From the NCBI GenBank assembly GCA_964442705.1, contig CAYUAQ010000003.1, positions 102 through 64,101 on the forward strand: DNA of 64,000 bases, written 5' to 3'. Positions within the stretch are counted from its first letter, which is position 1; every line of letters begins with the position of its first letter. The stretch is from an uncultured Desulfobacteraceae bacterium. GTDB taxonomy: Bacteria; Desulfobacterota; Desulfobacteria; Desulfobacterales; JALSRD01. Below, piece after piece: positions 53,501-59,563 of the stretch. The notes beneath the pieces are model-generated. The model was not told the DNA's origin. It was given only the letters and a program-made list of their open reading frames with translations, and ran no database searches. Both the position numbers and the translations under genes were made by a program.

Positions 53501-55804
53501 ATTGGCGCTCAGAAACTTGTTGTATTCGTCAAGCAGGACGTAAAACTTTTCGAAATGTTTCAGCTGGGCATTATTAAGGAAATGGAGGCTGTTTTCGTTA
53601 AAGAATATTTGGGCTAAACGAACCGTTTCCTCGTGGGTATCATTGATATGTACCGAATGGTTGCCGACGCCAAAGAGTTGCCGTATGTCTTCTTTGCATT
53701 GCTTAATATGATTCAGGCTATTGGCTTCAACTAAAAACACCCGAACAGGCCCGGCGCCACGAAAACATTGCTCCGCTTTGTGTTTGGCTCCCCTGAACAG
53801 TGTGGACCAATTGCCCAACCAGTTTTCCCCCCTGTACATTTGTTTAATCAACAGATGCGGACCATTGTTGTGAAGGTGGACATCTTTGCTATAAAAAATG
53901 TCCGCATGCCTGCGAATAATCTGCAGCACTTTGCTTACTTTGCCTTCGGCAGTGGGAAAAACGGTTATTATATACGTATTTTTCTTTATTTTGCTGTATT
54001 CATACGCCATTGCATCGGCGTATGAACTGTCCAGTTGACGATCCCGGAAAAAGGTATAGTTGTATGAATTGGTATCACGGTTGAAGCAAGCCACGCGGAC
54101 ATTTTTCTTCAAGAGACAACCCAACGCCAGGCGGTGACTGCCGTCAATAATCGTCATGTCGCTTCCCACGGGTATAAGGGATCTTGCCTCATTAAACCCT
54201 TCCGCCATAAACGACCGGCATAATTCGTGAAATGAAGAAAGAAAATCCTCTGCAGATACTTTGCCTGAGCCGTCAGACTCAAAAAAGCCATTCAACGCAT
54301 ACAGATGAGCAAGATATAATTGTCGCCCCCAGTTGCTTTGTAGTTTCAATAAATGAAACCGTCCATAGATGATTTTTGCCATTACATCAAATCGGCAGGT
54401 GTTTATCAGGGAGGTGGGGTCGACGGTTTGAATTTTAACAAGCCCCTTTTTCGGCAAATAATTAATGTTGAAAAGATGTGGATTTATTTTTGAGCGAATC
54501 TCCTCGATTTGAAGCTGTTTCGAATCGTTAGCGCCCGGAAGATTCGTCGTCCCGTGATCATGCCGTACCGACGGAATGTCCGCAAAAAATAGATCCTGAC
54601 GATTATCATAAACCACAGAATATCCGTGCAAAGAAAGCAATTCGATAATATCGTCTCTGCGACCACCATATTCCACAACAATTAACTGGGGTTTGTACTT
54701 TTCAAAATCCAGCCCTTCCAGGACTTCGAAATCGTGTCCTTCGGCGTCAATAGAAAGTAAATCTATATCCGTCAGATTGTTTTCAGCCAGGATCTCCGTT
54801 AATTTTTTTACTTGCACTTTTTCTTTTGTCCACTGGGCACCGTATTTACGGGTCCACCGCTCGGTTTCAGCTGGATCAAGCGCGGAGACGTCGCTGCCCC
54901 ACTCTGGCAGATGCGGATAGGTGGACACATTCATTTCAGCCGTTCCGTTGCGATTGGAAACCGCCACTTGAATGCATTTGACATTTTTCCCTAAATAGGA
55001 ACGACGCAACTTTTCAAAATTTTTTTTGATCGGCTCTACACAAAGCCCCTGCCAGTCATATTTTTCCACAAGACGTCGAACGTTACTATAGTGCTTTCCA
55101 TCAAAAGCCCCCACCTCCACAAAGACCATGTTGCGGGGCTTTCGCTCGGAGAAATACTGCTCGATGAATTCATCCTGCCCCAGTTGAGCGTAATACCCTC
55201 TGGCGTGCTTGGGAAGTTCTCGCGCAAACCAAAATTCTCTATTAAGGGCGAGAACCTTTCTGCAGGCCTCTTCAACCAGCCTGACATTTCCCAGTTTTTC
55301 CGCAAGCAGCGCGACAAGCCATGCGGCCTTCCATTTTTTGGCCTGAAGAGCGGAAAAGGCTTCCGCCATTTCAAGTGTTTTTTCCAAAAGATGGCGTGGG
55401 AATTGTTTTGTCAGCCGGGATTGAAAAACACCTATGGCGTCATCCAGGTGTGAGGTAAGATACTTGCGGAAAGCTTCCGGCTCTTTCGGTAACTGAGAGG
55501 TCAGCAGGAAATAAAACATCGTCTCCCCCGACGACCGGTCTAACTTCAGCGATGTCCTGAAAAACGATGAAGCGGCGGATAACTCGTCTCTGATTAGCAG
55601 TATCCGCCCGAGATTGAAATTGGCACGCACATTCTGCGGATTTTCCGCCAATAGATGGGAACATTCTGCATAAGCGGAATCGAGTTCACCACAAAACAGA
55701 TGATGTTCGATGCGTTCATGGCGTGCCGTCAATTTTCTATTCTTGGTCATTATGGTCCCTTTAAGGAGAGAAATGTTTACAGGCGCTGTTCGGGTGGTCA
55801 TCAT
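47576..55804 (-). CDS. Giant multidomain protein: TPR + FkbM methyltransferase + ParB/NTase-like region + 4 x GT2 glycosyltransferase + interleaved TPR blocks
   Basis: Uninterrupted 2,742-codon ORF. Motifs read from the translation: VEVGAFDG (FkbM), IIDGSHRLA, GS-x12-DID, four GT2 cores (LDDASEDNT/DADE; VVDSGS/NTDD; IIDNG/EAED; VVDTGSSD/DADE), many TPR repeats. An alternative start at M19 (55750) is possible. Confidence 0.85.
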   Translation of the reverse strand: MMTTRTAPVNISLLKGTIMTKNRKLTARHERIEHHLFCGELDSAYAECSHLLAENPQNVRANFNLGRILLIRDELSAASSFFRTSLKLDRSSGETMFYFLLTSQLPKEPEAFRKYLTSHLDDAIGVFQSRLTKQFPRHLLEKTLEMAEAFSALQAKKWKAAWLVALLAEKLGNVRLVEEACRKVLALNREFWFARELPKHARGYYAQLGQDEFIEQYFSERKPRNMVFVEVGAFDGKHYSNVRRLVEKYDWQGLCVEPIKKNFEKLRRSYLGKNVKCIQVAVSNRNGTAEMNVSTYPHLPEWGSDVSALDPAETERWTRKYGAQWTKEKVQVKKLTEILAENNLTDIDLLSIDAEGHDFEVLEGLDFEKYKPQLIVVEYGGRRDDIIELLSLHGYSVVYDNRQDLFFADIPSVRHDHGTTNLPGANDSKQLQIEEIRSKINPHLFNINYLPKKGLVKIQTVDPTSLINTCRFDVMAKIIYGRFHLLKLQSNWGRQLYLAHLYALNGFFESDGSGKVSAEDFLSSFHELCRSFMAEGFNEARSLIPVGSDMTIIDGSHRLALGCLLKKNVRVACFNRDTNSYNYTFFRDRQLDSSYADAMAYEYSKIKKNTYIITVFPTAEGKVSKVLQIIRRHADIFYSKDVHLHNNGPHLLIKQMYRGENWLGNWSTLFRGAKHKAEQCFRGAGPVRVFLVEANSLNHIKQCKEDIRQLFGVGNHSVHINDTHEETVRLAQIFFNENSLHFLNNAQLKHFEKFYVLLDEYNKFLSANGVDKECFCIDGSSTMAVYGIRPARDIDYLHYGYENILYRNEAEIGSHNSEIKYHDTTIDDIIFNPHQHFYYEGLKFVSLRALSQMKTNRGEKKDTIDVELMAPLLKTSGRPTSTASQTRAHNDIRLTMSQSEKKNKRSAYRTKKIVGLVTARNEANIIEPCLRSLSLYTDAIVFLDDASEDNTVEIVKNLANDCNIEAIIKKDKWHRDEPGDRNRILQYGRKIGGTHFIVIDADEMFTANCAKNNFLRHKILELQPGERISLVWIQLWRSVHNYRFDDSVWTNNYKGIIFCDDGKCSYESAFIHTPRIPQSLSGRLKVIPGYTFGLLHFQFVNWRNLLIKQSWYRCLERIREPGKSTEKINALYAPSKDENNLKLKPAPAEWFAGYMFFDESRYNLPDHWRETQVLNWFNEYGLDYFSDLDIWDIDWGKKIKNGDRISRSFPDVPPLISAIVSTYNAENLIRGCLEDLENQTIAKRLEIIVVDSGSQQKESTIIRQFQQRYGNIKYLRTEKRETVYAAWNRGIKAARGKYVTNANTDDRHRKDAFEVMSTILETLPEISLVYADVIITETENERFEHCTPVGFYRWMNFDRDDLLSKGCFVGPQPMWRREIHDEYGYFDGSFVTSGDYEFWLRISQTRTFLHIPVLLGLYLKSPGSIEHSNRNRQAEENRRIFEMYNTARSAGKIINRRQALERKPAAATAPTEMVQSRYQGIQRLVRSQKHDEAVEKLVELTKDSPLFAPAYNDLGVLYHHRGEREDALASYRKAVEIDPENTVYQKNLADFYCVALGEIEKAMGIYVGVLNKDPFDTEALLAMGHICLRLERLDDAHSFYERVLKVDPNNRTALESLQITRPEPEKAAVAPAAESMYTELLSTLENDPAGSAIEKITAFIAAFPDFAMAHNDLAVLYHEAGAIDKARRHYVRAVHLAPDNPHFQKNLADFTLVELDRKREALAIYRDLVNKRPRDTGLLLMAGHISLALNQLDEAAAYYRRLLAMDPGNDDARQYLERLESSKNAPENTSGRSDAGSRPSLSGKSESKTTLAPGAVAETGLNHPPLISILIPAAGPVKQLRRCLESVDRHTSERHEIIIIDNGMAKGSAKWLRSYLKKNELCRQVSCESGTSMAAAFNVGIAASRGEFILRLYNDVQVTPGWLAAMCSHFNCASNAGVIGAMSNAAESRQETPCCWNHTMGPLTDFSAEFHRRNRHRRIASETVDGFCLLMRRELIEDIGVFDEEVGEGGYEAEDLCLRAALNGYQNFIAGDVYLHRRMRNLPGRSKKYFNLKWSGTDGQSVEGKKRLVLSMETDAIKAWQAERIHEAGDLFLKAIGLLPGRRHGYLALTAMLIQTRQFEDALHVLSEMPRESQDVSALVMAVVCEAGLGHNEKACKLAAEALLVAPHHPSVLNIQGVLALGKNDMDAASKWFQRSLEADPGFGEAHTNLAMLHGEAGDQRTAFDLYENGFILSPADHDIASAYHNAISQLNAYERARPIVEEGAAAYPHSKKIRYMSIDILLHLQAYSEAMGEIEAAMADFGVEDGILATALKLREKLGTTEKENTTSRGLVSLCMIVKNEEQYLAKCLSSVKPVVDEIIVVDTGSSDRSPDIARAFGARVDTFDWSGDFAAARNHALSLARGEVIFVMDADEALSPLEYGLFRRLCRQSSRRRQAFVVNTRNYTLDSNMVLWEANEGRYGKVEAGTGWTPSAKIRIFPNDPAIRFDFPVHEMVEPSLKKAGIAMKPCHLQIHHYGKLDRRKTTQKGEMYYQIGRQKLNETGCAPVALRELAVQAEILKKHAEAVELWHRYIAEAPHEPRAYIYLGISYCSLGRFDKVLETAEKALALLPDSKEGHYHFALAKLHLGYPEQALASLEKLCGRLPEYLPAQFLLAAANCAAGNKETAMALLDKLSRTAIGPGLAIRCHELAKGLLDSGRPEFAKALAEAAIDSKHADKEVLKLYAKCAGQGDVYPKTGTYER

Positions 55805-55823
55805 TTAACCCCATTTTGCACTT

Positions 55824-55839
55824 TGCAAAACACATGCCA
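55824..55839 (-). promoter_or_regulatory. Sigma-54 promoter for the giant ORF
   Basis: Minus strand reads TGGCAT-GTGTT-TTGCA (GG-N10-GC). Only about 10 nt of leader before ATG 55804, or about 64 nt if M19 is the start. Confidence 0.7.
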
Positions 55840-56090
55840 TGTTTAAAAGGGGAAAAATCATAAAAAAACAATCAGTTATAGATTATTAGGGTATAGGAAT
55901 CGTATCAATGACCGTCAAATTACTGACGGTTTAGATGAACCCCTTCCCAGCGGTGGCGTGATTTCAGCAAAATACAGGCAAGGCCGTCTCTTTGCTTATA
56001 GAAAATCCTGGCCCAGGCGATAAATTGGTCGTATCAGAGAGGAAGCGGGACAGTAGCCACGGAATCAAAACAACCATCGTACGGTTGCCC

Positions 56091-56117
56091 TCAAGAACTC
56101 CCACCACTTGCCGATAA
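56091..56117 (+). promoter_or_regulatory. Possible sigma-28 promoter for the TPR gene
   Basis: TCAAGAAC-N11-GCCGATAA. Perfect -10, weak -35. Confidence 0.45.
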
Positions 56118-56148
56118 TGAACACAGCGCAAAGCAGAAAGCATTGAAC

Positions 56149-57336
56149 ATGGACATCATCGGTATCAGCAATCCGGACAACCTTTTCAGTGCCACAGTGG
56201 TGCAGTCGCAACAACTGGAGGCGATGGCCAACGATGCGCTCAAGAGCGGCATCGACCGTTACATGCGCCAGGACTACAAGGGGGCCATCGCCGAGTTTCA
56301 GCGCTCGCTGGGGTTGTCCCAGGGCTCCGGCTATGCCGTGGATGCGGCCAATTACATGGCCAGGGCCTACATGGCGCTGGGTGACAGCGAGCGGGTGATA
56401 GCGTCCTATGAGACCGCCATTCGCCTGGCTCCCTTGCGTGACGACAGCCACATCAGCCTGGGCAATTTTCTTTATGCCGAGGAACGGTACGAAGAAGCCG
56501 CGCGAGCCTATGAGCAGGCCGTCAAGCTGAATCCGTCTGCCAACAACCGATTCGCATTGGGTCAGGCCTTCATGCAGACCGGGCGCTACGACGATGCCGA
56601 GCAGCAGTTCAGCGAAGTGTCCCGTCTCGAGCCCACCAAGCCCAACGGCAGCTACGGTCTGGGGCTCACCTACAACCGGCAGGGACGTTATGAGGATGCC
56701 ATACGCGCATTTGAACGCGCCATCAGTCTGGACAGCCGTTTCTACGATGCCTATGCGGAAATGGGTTATGCTTACGCGAATTTAGGGCAAATGGACGATG
56801 CCCAGCGGCAGGTGGATTTCCTGGAGCTGGTGGCGCCGGAACTGGCCGGCAACCTGAGCGGGTACATGTACAAAGCGGATCCCCCCAAATTCAGTTTCGC
56901 CTATACCACCGATTTCAGCTATACCATGCCCATGAGGACGTCATTGGCGGCGCTGGACTCCTACCTGGCGGCAGCCAACGCCGAAAAGACCTTTACCATG
57001 AAGTTCCAGTTCGACAAGGAAATGGATCGGGAGTCCGTGCAGAATGTCTTCAACTGGCGCATCGGGCGGTCGACCGGCAGTGGGCCGGGAGAGGCATACA
57101 ATTACGGATTTCAGGTTCCCGACACAGAAGTGCGATTGTCGCCTTTTCCCGATCAGGTGATTTATGACGCTAGAACCATGACCGCCACGGTCTACTTTAC
57201 CATCCGCCAGAATGCCGACGCCGACGGCACCCTCGACCCTTCCCATATCGAATTCCAGTTCAAGGGCAAAGACGAATTCGGCCACCCCATGGACACGGAT
57301 GCCGATCAGTTCAGCGGCTTTTCAGGGGTTGCCTGA
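56149..57336 (+). CDS. TPR-repeat protein with beta-rich C-terminal domain
   Basis: About 5 TPR units in the N-terminal 230 aa. The C-terminal 160 aa are rich in beta-strand-like segments. Divergent from the giant ORF. Confidence 0.8.
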   Translation: MDIIGISNPDNLFSATVVQSQQLEAMANDALKSGIDRYMRQDYKGAIAEFQRSLGLSQGSGYAVDAANYMARAYMALGDSERVIASYETAIRLAPLRDDSHISLGNFLYAEERYEEAARAYEQAVKLNPSANNRFALGQAFMQTGRYDDAEQQFSEVSRLEPTKPNGSYGLGLTYNRQGRYEDAIRAFERAISLDSRFYDAYAEMGYAYANLGQMDDAQRQVDFLELVAPELAGNLSGYMYKADPPKFSFAYTTDFSYTMPMRTSLAALDSYLAAANAEKTFTMKFQFDKEMDRESVQNVFNWRIGRSTGSGPGEAYNYGFQVPDTEVRLSPFPDQVIYDARTMTATVYFTIRQNADADGTLDPSHIEFQFKGKDEFGHPMDTDADQFSGFSGVA

Positions 57337-57556
57337 GCACCGGGGGATTTTGCCGCTGAACGAGCCGCCGTTCTCCGTCTGGCGTTTTCTTTTTGGTATA
57401 GCATCGTTTTCTTGAATGCCGCTCTTCGAATGCACCTCCTGCCTGAAAAAGCACTAATGCGGCATCCTAATCCAGGTGGATCAATGGTACATGACCGGCT
57501 GGATTCCGACTTTCCATTGACCAAGCCAGGGCCGCTCTGATGTGAAAATTCTTCAT

Positions 57557-57579
57557 TTGCAAATTGCAGATTGCAAAAA
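57557..57579. repeat. Heptamer tandem array TTGCAAA-TTGCAGA-TTGCAAA
   Basis: Read directly. A second array, TTGCGAT-TTGCAAA, is at 57831-57844 and a third, TTGCACT-TTGCAAA, at 55816-55829. Confidence 0.85.
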
Positions 57580-58044
57580 TGGACCAGGTGGACCGCAGGT
57601 AGTACCTATAACGGCATCTATTTCTGTGTTTAACTTATTGAATTAAAAGAAAATTAATAGTGACCGAGAGAGGATTGGCGTAATCGCGGTGAAAAAATAG
57701 TTTTCGAGATCAGGCTAATTGTCGGTAAGTTCGCTCGGTAAATACATCTTCACCCTGATAAAATAGTATTTAACCTACTGTTTATTCAAATAATATTTAC
57801 ACTTTAGCCTCCCGGCGCCGGTAGTATCCGTTGCGATTTGCAAAAACAGGCATGGTAGGCGTTGTACTGGCTCCTGAAAAAATACCAAAAAAAATGTTTC
57901 CGTGTGGAAATTTGAGGCCGAGAGCTCAACTACACCATGAAGTATTTGAAACCAGCGGGCACCCCTTCATCTTGAATATCTTCCAAAATTGACATGCCGC
58001 GACATTCCCCGTTGCCGTCCCTGAATCCACGAGTGGAGCAGGGA

Positions 58045-58060
58045 TGGCATTTTTTTTGCT
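58045..58060 (+). promoter_or_regulatory. Sigma-54 promoter for the receiver-less activator gene
   Basis: TGGCAT-TTTTT-TTGCT (GG-N10-GC), 129 nt upstream of the ATG at 58189. Confidence 0.75.
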
Positions 58061-58188
58061 AAATATTGGGGGCGAAATGCCGGTCACAGCTTCCTGGCGG
58101 GACGGCAGGAGAAATCACCGGCTGTTCCCCAAGCACTGCAAAGCCCAATTGAACGCAAAACCTGAGCTCACCACGGAGGAAGGCAGAC

Positions 58189-59247
58189 ATGTATTCAGTT
58201 GCAATTGAGCGGGAACCGGAATTCGCAGGCATTGAAGGGATCAATCTCGTCGCGCGGGAATTTACTTCCAGCAACTACTGTTTCGAAGGCATCGTCGGCC
58301 AGAGCCACGGCATGCGGAAAGTCTTCAAGACCGTCGAGAGGGTGGCCGACAGCGACTCGACCATCGTCATCAGCGGCGAGACCGGTACGGGAAAGGGGTT
58401 GGTGGCCAGGGCCATCCACAACCGCTCCTATCGTCGCGACAAACCTTTTGTCCAGATAAACTGCGGTGCCATTCCGGAAAACCTGCTGGAGAGCGAACTC
58501 TTCGGTCATGAGAAGGGGGCCTTTACCGGGGCGACCGCCGCCAAAAAGGGAAAATTCGAGGCTGCCAACGGCGGTACGATATTTCTCGATGAGATCGGCG
58601 ACATGAATATGGAGCTGCAGGTCAAGCTTCTGCGGGTGCTTGAAGAGTGCCAGTTTGAACGCGTCGGCAGCTGCACCACCATCAATGTGGATGTGCGCAT
58701 CATCGTGGCCACACATCGGGATCTGGAGTCCGCCGTGGCCGAAGGCCGTTTCCGACAGGATCTGTACTACCGGCTGTTCGTGATCCCCATCGTGCTGCCC
58801 CCGCTGCGGGATCGGCACAACGACATTCGTCTGCTGGCAGCGCACTTTATCAACCAGCTCAGAAGAGAAAAGCGGTCTTCCATCGAGGCGTTCTCCAGGG
58901 AGGCCCTCGAACGGTTGTCGCGTCATGATTGGCCCGGCAACGTCAGGGAGCTGAAAAACCTGGTGGAGCGGCTGGTGGTGCTGAACGACGGCCCGCGTAT
59001 CGAAGCATCGGATCTGCCCTCGTCTGTCCTGTCTTCAGCCAGCAATGCCGGCAGCCTCCCTTCCCTGGAGATTTCCGACGAGGGGATTTGCCTGAGTACC
59101 GCCGTAAACGAATACGAAAAAGCCCTGATTACCCAGTCTTTGGAAAAAAGCAAGTGGGTAAAGAAAAAAGCCGCTGAACTGCTGCACGTCAAAAGAACTA
59201 CACTGGTCGAAAAAATCAAACGCCACCAGCTGCAGCCCGCCACCTGA
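58189..59247 (+). CDS. Sigma-54-dependent transcriptional activator without a receiver/sensory domain (AAA+ + Fis-type HTH only)
   Basis: 352 aa. The AAA+ core starts about 40 aa from the N-terminus (GQSHGMRKV...GETGTGKG...GAFTGA). C-terminal AAELLHVKRTTLVEKIKRH. GGAGGAAGG RBS. Confidence 0.9.
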   Translation: MYSVAIEREPEFAGIEGINLVAREFTSSNYCFEGIVGQSHGMRKVFKTVERVADSDSTIVISGETGTGKGLVARAIHNRSYRRDKPFVQINCGAIPENLLESELFGHEKGAFTGATAAKKGKFEAANGGTIFLDEIGDMNMELQVKLLRVLEECQFERVGSCTTINVDVRIIVATHRDLESAVAEGRFRQDLYYRLFVIPIVLPPLRDRHNDIRLLAAHFINQLRREKRSSIEAFSREALERLSRHDWPGNVRELKNLVERLVVLNDGPRIEASDLPSSVLSSASNAGSLPSLEISDEGICLSTAVNEYEKALITQSLEKSKWVKKKAAELLHVKRTTLVEKIKRHQLQPAT

Positions 59248-59435
59248 AAAAAACCAGGTGTCAAAGAACTGACAGAAACTTTCTTTGGCCCTTGACATCT
59301 GGGGGCTCTGCATCCTCTTTCCCTCCTTTTTTGCGGGTTTTGCCAGGCAATCATGACGACCTGGTATCTTTTTAAACATATTAATATCAAATGGTTGCGT
59401 TTATTTACGCTGTTTTCTGGCGAAATGCCCGGTTG

Positions 59436-59451
59436 TGGCAAAGGATTTGCA
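59436..59451 (+). promoter_or_regulatory. Sigma-54 promoter for the response-regulator activator gene
   Basis: TGGCAA-AGGAT-TTGCA (GG-N10-GC), 113 nt upstream of the ATG at 59564. Confidence 0.75.
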
Positions 59452-59563
59452 TTTGATTTGCGGCGGATTGGTTTTGCGCCGTTTTCCATGGCGGCTGCGT
59501 GTTGTCACATCTGCCAAGATAACGTCCGGTAATCGATTAGCGGTTATCCGGCGGGATTTATCA

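Noticed and set aside
57571-57588. Minus-strand TGGTCC-ATTT-TTGCA resembling a sigma-54 promoter inside the heptamer array
   Set aside because: The GG-to-GC spacing is 9 nt, and no gene lies downstream on that strand before the TPR gene end. It is kept only as part of the TTGCA-array observation.
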